From an uncultured Gammaproteobacteria bacterium (GTDB lineage Bacteria; Patescibacteriota; Microgenomatia; Levybacterales; UBA12049): a DNA stretch of 64,000 nt. The position numbers were made by a program, and so were the translations under genes. Shown piece after piece: positions 17,546 to 26,679 of the stretch; position 1 is the stretch's first letter, and each line of letters opens with the position of its first letter. The stretch lies in contig CAZGGU010000003.1 of assembly GCA_964525395.1 (NCBI GenBank), positions 2,883 to 66,882 on the forward strand. The letters run 5' to 3'. The notes under the pieces are model-generated. The model worked only from the letters and a program-made list of their open reading frames with translations. It had not been told where the DNA came from and made no database searches.

Positions 17546-18252
17546 AAAAGTTGGATTCTTTATCAATCTTTTTTCCTTTTTGGAATGAAGGCAAAAATGT
17601 AGAAAATGTCGTAATGAGTGCAATTCCAGTAGCGAAGAAGATTGCGAAAAAATGGGAGATACTGATTATTGATGACGGCTCTAGAGATAACACCTTGGAT
17701 GTAGCGAAGAAGATTGCGAAAAAAGAACCTAATGTCAGAGTTATTTCCCACAGTCCTAACAGAGGTTACGGTGCTGCTCTTAAAGAAGGTTTTGAAAATG
17801 CGAAATATGATTATGTAGTGTTTACTGATGGAGATGCTCAATTCGATTTCGCAGAAATTGATAATTTCATTGAAGAAATAGATAAATGCGATATTGTTAT
17901 TGGTTATCGTAAGAAGCGACAAGATAATATCATTCGCCATATTTTAATGAATATGCTTAAAGCTTGGGATTATATTTTCTTCGGATTTTGGTTTAAAGAT
18001 ATAGATTGCGGATTTAAAATGTTTAAAAAAGAAGCCTTGGTTGAAATAATGCCATTTAGAAGTGAGGGAGCGATGATTACCACAGAAATTTTGGCAAAAT
18101 CAGTAAGAAAGAGGCTGAAAATTAAAGAAGTCGAGGTCACTCATTATCCTCGAAAATTTGGCAACCAGACAGGAGCCAATTTGGCTGTTATAATTAGAGC
18201 AGTCCTCGAAAGTCTGATACTTTGGTGGGACATAAGAAATAAAAGGATTTAA
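17542..18252 (+). CDS. GT2 polyprenyl-phosphate sugar synthase-like glycosyltransferase
   Basis: ILIIDDGSRDNT...GYGAALKEGF...YVVFTDGDAQFD. Contains an in-frame 24-bp direct repeat. Confidence 0.8.
   Translation: MKKLDSLSIFFPFWNEGKNVENVVMSAIPVAKKIAKKWEILIIDDGSRDNTLDVAKKIAKKEPNVRVISHSPNRGYGAALKEGFENAKYDYVVFTDGDAQFDFAEIDNFIEEIDKCDIVIGYRKKRQDNIIRHILMNMLKAWDYIFFGFWFKDIDCGFKMFKKEALVEIMPFRSEGAMITTEILAKSVRKRLKIKEVEVTHYPRKFGNQTGANLAVIIRAVLESLILWWDIRNKRI
17631..17726 (+). repeat. 24-bp exact direct repeat GTAGCGAAGAAGATTGCGAAAAAA (17631-17654 and 17703-17726), in frame, encoding VAKKIAKK twice
   Basis: Read directly in the sequence. The copies are 72 nt apart. Confidence 0.8.
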
Positions 18253-19700
18253 TGGAAGATTTTGATTTAGAGCTTGTCGCACGAAAGTCCGTTAAGAGTG
18301 TATTCGCCCTAATCTCCAGAACGTTTTTTATCCAGGTTCTAGGAGTAGTTGCGAGTTTTATTCTCACAATTTATTTATCTCCTGCTGATTTTGGTGTATT
18401 TTTTATTGTTTCTTCGTTTGTAGTATTTCTTAATTATTTCGCTGATATTGGACTTGCGGCTTCTTTGATTCAGAAGAAGGAAGAACCCACGCTTAAAGAT
18501 TATAGAATCGCGTTTACTGTTCAGCAGGTTTTGGTTTTATCTATCGTTATTCCAGCCTTAATTTTGACTGAGCCTATTGGACACTTTTTTCATATAGATA
18601 GTCAGGGAATTTTTCTTTTCTTCGCATTTTTGTTTTCATTTGTGCTCTCATCCTTAAAAACAATTCCTACTGTGATGCTTGAGAGAAAACTTGATTTTCA
18701 TAAACTGGTGGTTCCTCAGATCGGTGAAAATCTCGTTTATAATTTAGCTTTAATCGTTATGGCGGTAGGTGGTTTTGGAGTCACAAGCTTTACTGTCGCA
18801 ATAGCTTTGCGAAGCATCGTAGGCCTTGCCATGATGTATTGGATTCAGCCATGGCAGGTAGGGCTTGCATATGATAAAAAGACTTTAAAAAGTTTACTTA
18901 CATTTGGCATACCCTTCCAAGCGAATAGTCTTTTAGCCTTAGTAAAAGACGACTTAATAAATGTTTATTTAGGAAAAGTATTGCCCCTTACTCAAGTGGG
19001 TTACATAGGTTTTGCTCAGAAGTGGGCGTTCTTACCTCTCAGGTTAGTTCTAGACAATGTAGTGAAGATCATGTTCCCATCACTCTCCCGTCTTCAGCAT
19101 GATACTAATGCGCAGCGCGTGGTAATCGAGAAATCATTATTTGTTATCTCTATGCTCATTATGCCTTGTGCAGTGGGTTTTATGATGCTTTCACCATATT
19201 TCTTAGATTTTATACCAAGTTATCAAAAATGGGAGCCAGCATATATAGCGCTGGTATTTTTCGCGCTAAATACTGTTTTTGGTTCAATCTCGACACCTAT
19301 TACAAATCTTTTATATGCGACTGGAAAATCAAAGATAACGCTTTATTTCATGGCTGGTTGGACTATTCTGACTTGGATTTTGACACCACTTTTAGTTATG
19401 AAAATCGGCTTTAATGGTGCCGCGATAGCCTCATTCTTAGTCGCTGTAAGTACTTTGAGTATTTATCCAGTGGCGCGAAAATACGTAAAATTCTCTTTAT
19501 TAGGTCCCATTTTGAAGCCTTTTATAGTAAGTATAATTATGCTTGTTTATATCTATTTAACTCAAAGATTTATTACAAATCTTTGGACTTTATTGTTAGA
19601 AATAATAATAGCGGGTATTATTTACCTGTCAATCATTTCACTTTTAAGTAGAGACGATATTAAGGCAATAATTAGATTTGTTCGTCATAACGAAAAATGA
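18252..19700 (+). CDS. Wzx-like oligosaccharide/polysaccharide flippase (MOP superfamily)
   Basis: 482 aa and about 12-14 TM. Architecture and composition typical of the polysaccharide-biosynthesis-protein family. Confidence 0.7.
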   Translation: MEDFDLELVARKSVKSVFALISRTFFIQVLGVVASFILTIYLSPADFGVFFIVSSFVVFLNYFADIGLAASLIQKKEEPTLKDYRIAFTVQQVLVLSIVIPALILTEPIGHFFHIDSQGIFLFFAFLFSFVLSSLKTIPTVMLERKLDFHKLVVPQIGENLVYNLALIVMAVGGFGVTSFTVAIALRSIVGLAMMYWIQPWQVGLAYDKKTLKSLLTFGIPFQANSLLALVKDDLINVYLGKVLPLTQVGYIGFAQKWAFLPLRLVLDNVVKIMFPSLSRLQHDTNAQRVVIEKSLFVISMLIMPCAVGFMMLSPYFLDFIPSYQKWEPAYIALVFFALNTVFGSISTPITNLLYATGKSKITLYFMAGWTILTWILTPLLVMKIGFNGAAIASFLVAVSTLSIYPVARKYVKFSLLGPILKPFIVSIIMLVYIYLTQRFITNLWTLLLEIIIAGIIYLSIISLLSRDDIKAIIRFVRHNEK

Positions 19701-19739
19701 TCTTTTCGACAAGCTCTTCAGAGTGAGCTCAGGATACTT

Positions 19740-19747
19740 TGTAAAAT
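19740..19747 (+). promoter_or_regulatory. extended -10 TGTAAAAT, 6 nt upstream of ATG 19754
   Basis: Same TGTAnAAT-N6-start geometry as at 10679 and 34255. Confidence 0.45.
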
Positions 19748-19753
19748 CGAAAA

Positions 19754-20668
19754 ATGAAAAAAATCTATATAATTCTTATAAATTATAATAGTCAAAAAAA
19801 TACTATTGAGTGTCTAGACTCATTATCAAAAATCAAAACTTCTGGATTTGAAATTTCTACAATAGTGGTTAATAATTCACCGGAAAATATAATTGTGGTA
19901 AATGAAGAAAGATACAAGAGTATTGGATTGAAATTAATTTTTAGTGCAGAAAATGTTGGTTTTTCAGGTGGCATGAATTTAGGTATTTCTGAAGCAATTA
20001 AAAATAATACAGACTATATTTTAATTCATAATAATGACACCCTTGTAAAACAAGATTTTCTTCAGAAGCTCTTTGATTTTGCTGAGAAAAATGAAAATGT
20101 TGGCATAATGTCTCCTAAAATATATTTTGCAAAAGGTTTCGAATTTCATAAAGACAGATATAGAAACGATGAATTAGGGAGAGTGGTTTGGTACGCCGGA
20201 GGAGAAATTGATTGGAAAAATGTAATAGGGCAAAATATGAATGTAGATGAAGTAGACAATGGGCAATTTGATAAAAATATTGAAGTAGATTTTGCCACAG
20301 GCTGTTCAATGCTGATCAGATCTGATTTAATAAGAAAGATTGGTTCGTTCAATGAAAAATATTTCCTATATTATGAGGATGCTGATTTATCAGTCCGTGC
20401 TAAAAAGAATGGGGATAAAGTTTATTTAGTAGCAGATTCTATAGTCTGGCATAAGAACGCAGGCTCAGCTGGAGGATCAGGGTCAAAATTACAAGATTAT
20501 TACATTACTCGAAATAGACTTTATTTTGGAAATAAATATGCTCCAGTTAGAGCCAAGATTGCATTAACAAGAGAGGGTTTATCCTTGATAAAAAAGGGCA
20601 GAGAGGGTCAGAAATGGGGAGCTGCTGATTATTTCAGGGGTAAAATGGGAAGAAGTAATCACTTTTAA
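19754..20668 (+). CDS. GT2 glycosyltransferase
   Basis: IYIILINYNSQKNT...VVNNSPEN...GFSGGMNLGI...DYILIHNNDTLV DXD-type GT-A motifs. Confidence 0.8.
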   Translation: MKKIYIILINYNSQKNTIECLDSLSKIKTSGFEISTIVVNNSPENIIVVNEERYKSIGLKLIFSAENVGFSGGMNLGISEAIKNNTDYILIHNNDTLVKQDFLQKLFDFAEKNENVGIMSPKIYFAKGFEFHKDRYRNDELGRVVWYAGGEIDWKNVIGQNMNVDEVDNGQFDKNIEVDFATGCSMLIRSDLIRKIGSFNEKYFLYYEDADLSVRAKKNGDKVYLVADSIVWHKNAGSAGGSGSKLQDYYITRNRLYFGNKYAPVRAKIALTREGLSLIKKGREGQKWGAADYFRGKMGRSNHF

Positions 20669-20672
20669 GATT

Positions 20673-21416
20673 ATGAAATTAACAACGATAATTATTACAA
20701 AGAATGAAGAAAAAAATATCGCAGATTGTTTGGACTCAGTTAAATTTTCCGACGAAATAATCGTAGTTGATAATAATTCAACTGACTTAACACCCGAGAT
20801 TGCTAAAAAATTTGGTGCAAAAGTCATAAGGGAAAAATTTGAAAGTTTTTCTGCTCAGCGTGAAGCAGGACTTAAAGCTGCTAAATCTGACTGGGTTTTA
20901 TATTTGGATGCTGATGAAAGAATCAGTGAGAAGTTAAAAGAAAATATATTAGAGACAATTAAAGACAATAATACGAAAGAGGTTTATAAAATAAAGAGAA
21001 AAAACTTCTATTTTTATAAATATGAATGGAAATTTTATGATGATTTGGAAAGGTTGTTCAAAAAAGATGCGCTTAAGAGTTGGTATGGGGAAATTCATGA
21101 AAGTCCTAATTTTATCGGTGAAGTTGGTAGTTTAAATGGATTTATAATTCACTATACTCATAATGATTTAACCTCAATGCTTAATAAAACTATAAAGTGG
21201 TCTGATACTGAAGCAAAACTTAGAATTGAAGCAAATCATCCAAATATGGGTTGGTGGAGATTTCCACGGGTCATGGTGCCCACATTTTTTAACTATTATG
21301 TTCGTCAGAAAGGATACAAGCTTGGGACAGCAGGGTTAATTGAATCAATTTTTCAGTCTTATAGCATGTTTATTACTTATGCGAAGTTATGGGAAATGCA
21401 GCAAAAGAAGTCTTAA
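20673..21416 (+). CDS. GT2 glycosyltransferase
   Basis: LTTIIITKNEEKNI...EIIVVDNNSTD...LDADERI. Paralogous in style to 33386-34240. Confidence 0.75.
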   Translation: MKLTTIIITKNEEKNIADCLDSVKFSDEIIVVDNNSTDLTPEIAKKFGAKVIREKFESFSAQREAGLKAAKSDWVLYLDADERISEKLKENILETIKDNNTKEVYKIKRKNFYFYKYEWKFYDDLERLFKKDALKSWYGEIHESPNFIGEVGSLNGFIIHYTHNDLTSMLNKTIKWSDTEAKLRIEANHPNMGWWRFPRVMVPTFFNYYVRQKGYKLGTAGLIESIFQSYSMFITYAKLWEMQQKKS

Positions 21417-21643
21417 GGTAGAAAATTAGTCTTTTTAAAATCTTCAATTTTAATTCTGGTTTTAGCAAATCTAAATAAATAAATAATCTCGAGTATTCCA
21501 AGAGTAATGGTATTTAAAATTAGCATAGCTACGAACCAATTTTTCTGATCATATTTTGCCGCGCGCCAAAGTGCTAGCGCTTTCCAGAAAAGGGTCCATG
21601 CGAGTATTACTATTCCAATTAAGGGGTTAAAGCCAGAATCCAT
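21413..21643 (-). CDS. small two-TM membrane protein (76 aa); the only minus-strand gene inside the glycosylation array
   Basis: PLIGIVILAWTLFWKALALW and WFVAMLILNTITLGILEIIYLF hydrophobic segments. Positive-inside loop. Fills an otherwise empty 280-bp gap. Confidence 0.4.
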   Translation of the reverse strand: MDSGFNPLIGIVILAWTLFWKALALWRAAKYDQKNWFVAMLILNTITLGILEIIYLFRFAKTRIKIEDFKKTNFLP

Positions 21644-21682
21644 ACCTGAATATTATCATTTCTTTCACAAAAGAGCAAAAAT

Positions 21683-21691
21683 TGTTAGAAT
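21683..21691 (+). promoter_or_regulatory. extended -10 TGtTAGAAT, 6 nt upstream of GTG 21698
   Basis: Same geometry as the other leaderless-type promoters. The transcript would begin at GUGAGUCCCGUU. Confidence 0.4.
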
Positions 21692-21697
21692 AAACAT

Positions 21698-22822
21698 GTG
21701 AGTCCCGTTGAGAATTGCGGTGATTTGAGTATGATTGATAATAAAAAAATATCTAACGGGTTAAAAATAGGAATTTATGATCCATATCTAGATGACATTG
21801 GAGGTGGCGAGAAATACATGATGACTATCGCCGAATTTTTATCAAAATCTCACGATGTTGATGTTTTTTGGGATGAAATATCTGTTATCGATAAAATATC
21901 CGAGAGATTTGGATTAAACCTGACTAATGTAAATATTGCTAATAACATTTTTAAGTACCCATTTGTTAAAAGACAGAAAGCTTCTAAAAAATACGATATT
22001 ATTATTTTTCTTTCAGATGGCAGTATCCCGATTTTGTCTTCAAAAAAAATCTTTATTCATATTCAGCAGCCAATTCTTAATAAAAAATTAACGATTAAGG
22101 ATAAATTAAAGCTCAAAAGGATAAGTGGTATTTTCGTTAATTCAGAATTTACAAAAAAATTCGTGGATCGGGTATTTGGGGTAAAAAGTAAAATTTTATT
22201 TCCACCAGTAAATATTTACGGAATGCATAACGAAAAGCAGAATATTATTTTACATGTTGGGCGTTTTAGGGTCATTCAGGTAAGTTCAGATGACTATAAA
22301 AAACAGTCAGTGATGATTAACGTTTTTAAGAAAATGGTTGATTCAGGCCTGAAAGACTGGAAGTTTGTAATTGCAGTAAGCCTCCCTGATGAGTTTGATC
22401 CAAAATTTGTGGCGATGAAAAATAGCGCTAAGGGATATCCAATTGAATTCCTTATTAATTCTTCAAATGAGTCACTTTGGAAAAAAGGAGCAAAGGCAAA
22501 AATTTATTGGCATGCAAGTGGATTTGGTGAGGATCTAGAAAAGCATCCTGAGCTTGCCGAGCATTTTGGTATCTCAACAGTAGAAGCAATGGGTGTAGGA
22601 GCAGTGCCAGTGGTAATTAATGCTGGAGGACAAGCTGAGATAGTTCAAGATGATAAAAATGGACTTCTATGGGAGAGTTTGGATGAATTTGAAAAAGATA
22701 CTTTTAAGTTAATTAATGATCCAAAGCTACTTAAAGAAATGTCAGTGAATGCTTACAAAAGATCACTCGATTTTGATAAAGAAAATTTTTATAAAACAAT
22801 TAAGCAAATATTAAATGTTTAA
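21698..22822 (+). CDS. GT4 (GT-B fold) glycosyltransferase
   Basis: N-terminal LKIGIYDPYLDDIGGGEKY. C-terminal FGISTVEAMGVGAVPVV EX7E-type motif. The start may be GTG 21698 or ATG 21731 (MIDNKK). Confidence 0.8.
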   Translation: MSPVENCGDLSMIDNKKISNGLKIGIYDPYLDDIGGGEKYMMTIAEFLSKSHDVDVFWDEISVIDKISERFGLNLTNVNIANNIFKYPFVKRQKASKKYDIIIFLSDGSIPILSSKKIFIHIQQPILNKKLTIKDKLKLKRISGIFVNSEFTKKFVDRVFGVKSKILFPPVNIYGMHNEKQNIILHVGRFRVIQVSSDDYKKQSVMINVFKKMVDSGLKDWKFVIAVSLPDEFDPKFVAMKNSAKGYPIEFLINSSNESLWKKGAKAKIYWHASGFGEDLEKHPELAEHFGISTVEAMGVGAVPVVINAGGQAEIVQDDKNGLLWESLDEFEKDTFKLINDPKLLKEMSVNAYKRSLDFDKENFYKTIKQILNV

Positions 22823-25052
22823 GAAATTATTACCGATCTTTGGATTTATTTTTATTTCCGTAATATTTTTTTGGCAGTTTTTTTTCAAAGGTCTTGTGCC
22901 AATTTCCTCTGACACAGTAGTTGGATTGTATCATCCGTATAGAGATTTCTATGCGAAAGAATTTCCAAGAGGATATCCTTTTAAAAACTTTTTAATCACA
23001 GATCCCGTTCGTCAACAATATCCTTGGAGAACCCAATCTTTGATTTCATTTGAAAATGGTAAGTTACCAACTTGGAATTCTTACGCTTTTTCTGGTACCC
23101 CAGGGTTAGCCAATTTTCAATCTGCTGCATTTTACCCATTTAATATTTTATTCTTTTTTCTGCCTTATATATATTCTTGGTCAATTTTAATATTTCTCCA
23201 ACCACTACTTGCTGGAATTTTTTTATATTTTTATCTTCGTAATTTAAAACTTGATGGCTATTCCAGTTTTTTCGGAGGAATTGTTTTTGCATTTTCAGGA
23301 TTTTTTGTTACCTGGCTTGAATGGGGAACGGTTCTTTCTACCGCTCTTTGGCTGCCATTAGTTTTACTTTCAATCGACAAAATATTTGAACATAAAAAAG
23401 ATAAAAGAATTATTTGGCCTATTTTATTATTTATTAGCTTAGCTTTTGCAATATTTGGTGGGCATTTGCAGACATTATTTTATTTGTTTATTTTTTCCTT
23501 TGTTTATTTTCTGTGTCGACTATGGCAATCCAAGAAAAAAATACAGTTTTCTTTTAGCGTTGGAGTTTCCATAATTTCAGCGTTAATTATTGGATCGATT
23601 CAATTGGTACCAACCTTTAAATTTATTCAGCTTTCTGGTCGTGGGATGGATATGATTTTATGGAAAGAAGAAGGATGGTTTTTGCCTTTTAGACACATGA
23701 TCCAATTTGTTTCACCTGATTTTTTTGGAAATCCTACCACTCTTAATTATTGGGGGGCTTGGAATTATGGAGAACTTACTGCTTATGCAGGCATTACCAC
23801 TTTAATGTTTGGTTTAGTGGCGATTCTATTTAGAAGAGATAAAAAAACTTGGCTATATCTTTCTGCAATTATTTTTTGCTTAATGCTAATTCTACCTAGT
23901 CCGATTTCTAAATTACCATTCATCTTAAACCTACCATTTATATCAACCTCGCAGCCTACAAGGTTAATCTTTGTCATCGACTTTTCATTGTCTGTTCTAG
24001 GAGCGCTTGGTCTTAATTATTTAATAGTTAAAGGAAAAATAAAAAATGTTGTTATACCAGTTGCTTTCATTTGTTTGATTTTGCTATTTCTCGTCGCCTT
24101 TGCAGTTTTAGGCGGAAGATTTGGAATAGATCCAATAAATTTAATGATTGCAAAAAGAAATTTAATTTTACCAATCGGAATTTTTGCTTTTTCTTCAATT
24201 GCTGTCATTTGTTTTTTACTTTTACCGAAAAAGTTTAAATCAGTTTTTCTTATTTTATTAATTTTTATCACAGTCGCTGATTTATTTAGATTTTCTGGGA
24301 AATTCAATACCTTTTCAAATAAGGAATTTTTGTATCCTCAGACTAAATCTACTGAATTTATGAGAAATAATTTAGGGCTTTACAGAATAGGGACAGCTGA
24401 CGCAAGACTTATGGCGCCGAACTTTCAAATTATGCATGGTCTTTATTCAGTTGAAGGCTATGATCCACTTTATATTGGTCGATATGCAGAGTTTATAGCA
24501 GCTATTAATAGAAATAAGCCTGATATCGCTCCTCCTTTTGGATTTAACAGAATAATTAGAGTGGAAAATTATTCTTCACCACTCATTAATTTACTTGGTA
24601 TAAAGTTTGTTATGAGTATGACTGATATGAACAATCCTGGTTTTGAAAAAGTATTCGAAGAAGGTGAGACAAAAATTTATCAAAACAATAACGTTTTACC
24701 TAAAGCTTATTTTGTGGAAAATATCTTTTTTGCAAATTCCAAGCAAGAAGTAATCAATAAGATGTTTGCTAAAAATTTTAAACCTATGTCTACCGCTGTG
24801 GTTGAGAATAAAATTAATGAAAAATTTGAGGTTGGCTCAGTTGAAATCTTAAGATATTCATCAGATGAAGTTGTTTTAAGAACTACTAATAATGGTGAAG
24901 GATTTTTAGTTTTGACAGATTCATATTATCCAACATGGCATGTTATGATAGATAATCAGAAATCAAGAATATATCAGACAAATTATATTTTTAGGGGTGT
25001 AGTAGTGCCAAGTGGTGAACACAAAATAACATTTGAAAATAATTTATTATGA
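22815..25052 (+). CDS. large YfhO-like/GT-C-like polytopic membrane protein with C-terminal extracytoplasmic domain
   Basis: 745 aa. N-terminal loop YHPYRDFY...LPTWNSYAFSGTPGLANFQSAAFYPFNILF. About 13 TM. Confidence 0.5.
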   Translation: MFKKLLPIFGFIFISVIFFWQFFFKGLVPISSDTVVGLYHPYRDFYAKEFPRGYPFKNFLITDPVRQQYPWRTQSLISFENGKLPTWNSYAFSGTPGLANFQSAAFYPFNILFFFLPYIYSWSILIFLQPLLAGIFLYFYLRNLKLDGYSSFFGGIVFAFSGFFVTWLEWGTVLSTALWLPLVLLSIDKIFEHKKDKRIIWPILLFISLAFAIFGGHLQTLFYLFIFSFVYFLCRLWQSKKKIQFSFSVGVSIISALIIGSIQLVPTFKFIQLSGRGMDMILWKEEGWFLPFRHMIQFVSPDFFGNPTTLNYWGAWNYGELTAYAGITTLMFGLVAILFRRDKKTWLYLSAIIFCLMLILPSPISKLPFILNLPFISTSQPTRLIFVIDFSLSVLGALGLNYLIVKGKIKNVVIPVAFICLILLFLVAFAVLGGRFGIDPINLMIAKRNLILPIGIFAFSSIAVICFLLLPKKFKSVFLILLIFITVADLFRFSGKFNTFSNKEFLYPQTKSTEFMRNNLGLYRIGTADARLMAPNFQIMHGLYSVEGYDPLYIGRYAEFIAAINRNKPDIAPPFGFNRIIRVENYSSPLINLLGIKFVMSMTDMNNPGFEKVFEEGETKIYQNNNVLPKAYFVENIFFANSKQEVINKMFAKNFKPMSTAVVENKINEKFEVGSVEILRYSSDEVVLRTTNNGEGFLVLTDSYYPTWHVMIDNQKSRIYQTNYIFRGVVVPSGEHKITFENNLL

Positions 25053-25981
25053 AAATTAGTGTAATTATTCCAAATTATAATGGTGAGGAATTGCTAAAGA
25101 GAAATATTCCTAAGGTCATTGTGGCACTTCTTGAATATTCAGGACCTAAAGAAATTATTATAGCTGATGATGCATCTACTGATAATTCAATAGAAGTAAT
25201 AAAAAAAATAATTCAAGAAAATAAAAACGTTGATATAAAACTAGTGGACTCAATCGTTAATCGCGGATTTTCTTCCAATGTTAATGCTGGAGTGAATGTT
25301 TCAGTGGGGGACATAATAATTTTACTTAATACGGATGTTGCCCCAAAGAAGAATTTTTTAAAGCCGCTTCTTGCTCATTTTTCTGACGAAAAAACATTTG
25401 CAGTGGGGTCTTTAGATGAAAGTATTGAGGGCAGTAGAACTGTTTTAAGAGGAAGAGGTATTGGACAATTTAAGCGAGGATTTTTAGTTCATAAAGCGGG
25501 AGAATTAGATAAAGACAATACGCTTTGGGTAAGCGGAGGAAGTAGTGCGTTTAGAAAAAGTATTTGGGATAAATTAGGAGGACTTGATGAAAACTTTGAC
25601 CCCTTTTATTGGGAAGATATAGATTTGTCATTTAGAGCATTGAAATCTGGATATAAAATTTATTTTGAGAAAGAATCTGTAGTTGTTCATGAGCATGAAA
25701 AAGGAAGTATAAAAAATGAATTTAGTTCAAAAAAAATTAAAAAAATCGCTTATAGGAACCAGATTATGTTTATTTGGAAAAATACTAATTTTGGTACTTT
25801 AATTTCTAACATTTTTTGGCTACCATATCATTTGATAAAAACTTTAGTAAATGGTGACAGTTCATTTGTTAAGGGATTTATCTTAGCAGTAATTAAATTA
25901 CCAAGAATAATAGGTGGTCGAAGAAAAGCTCAGAAATTATTTTCGCTATCAGATTCTCAGGTGACTCAAAGTATTCAATGA
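25049..25981 (+). CDS. GT2 glycosyltransferase
   Basis: ISVIIPNYNGEE...IIIADDASTDNS...LLNTDV...WEDIDLSFR. Confidence 0.8.
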   Translation: MKISVIIPNYNGEELLKRNIPKVIVALLEYSGPKEIIIADDASTDNSIEVIKKIIQENKNVDIKLVDSIVNRGFSSNVNAGVNVSVGDIIILLNTDVAPKKNFLKPLLAHFSDEKTFAVGSLDESIEGSRTVLRGRGIGQFKRGFLVHKAGELDKDNTLWVSGGSSAFRKSIWDKLGGLDENFDPFYWEDIDLSFRALKSGYKIYFEKESVVVHEHEKGSIKNEFSSKKIKKIAYRNQIMFIWKNTNFGTLISNIFWLPYHLIKTLVNGDSSFVKGFILAVIKLPRIIGGRRKAQKLFSLSDSQVTQSIQ

Positions 25982-26679
25982 AATTATCAATAATCATTCC
26001 GGTTTACAACGAAGAAAAAACAATTGCAAAAATAATAGATCGCGTAAATGCGGTTAAGATTCCCGGTGTGCAGAAAGAAGTTATTGTTGTTGATGATGGG
26101 TCGACTGATAAAACAGTAAGTAAGATTAATAAAAATAAAGTTAAGTTTTTTGAAAACCCAGTAAATATGGGAAAGGGTGCAGCTGTAAAAAACGGGATTG
26201 ATCATGCTACTGGGGATTATGTAATTATTCAGGATGCTGATCTTGAATATGATCCCGAATTCATTAAAATTCTCATGAAGCCAATATTGGATAAAAAGGC
26301 AAAGGTGGTTTATGGAACAAGGCTTAAAAGAATGCCGCATTTTAAAGGAGAAGAGAAAAACTTCAGATTTTTACTTCATTATTTGGGCAATAGAGGTTTA
26401 AGTTTGGTAACAAGTGTTTTATATGGAAGCTGGATCACTGATATGGAGACATGTTACAAATTATTTCCAACGAAAGCTGGTAAGAATTTTAAGTTAAGAG
26501 CAAAAAGATTTGATTTTGAACCAGAGATTACTGCAAAACTCTTAAAAAAAGGCTATAAAATTTTAGAAGTTCCGATTACTACAATTCCGAGAGGATTCGA
26601 TGAGGGAAAAAAATTAAGAACATTTCATGATGGTTCAATTGCACTTTACACCTTAGTTAAATACAGGATTTATGATTAA
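25978..26679 (+). CDS. GT2 polyprenyl-phosphate sugar synthase-like glycosyltransferase (ArnC/GtrB/Dpm1-like)
   Basis: LSIIIPVYNEEKTI...EVIVVDDGSTDKT...GKGAAVKNGI...YVIIQDADLEYDP. Confidence 0.85.
   Translation: MKLSIIIPVYNEEKTIAKIIDRVNAVKIPGVQKEVIVVDDGSTDKTVSKINKNKVKFFENPVNMGKGAAVKNGIDHATGDYVIIQDADLEYDPEFIKILMKPILDKKAKVVYGTRLKRMPHFKGEEKNFRFLLHYLGNRGLSLVTSVLYGSWITDMETCYKLFPTKAGKNFKLRAKRFDFEPEITAKLLKKGYKILEVPITTIPRGFDEGKKLRTFHDGSIALYTLVKYRIYD

Noticed and set aside
19716-19735. Weak hairpin AGCTC-N8-GAGCT after the flippase gene
   Set aside because: The 5-bp stem has no T-tract. It is more likely just part of the -35 region of the 19754 promoter.
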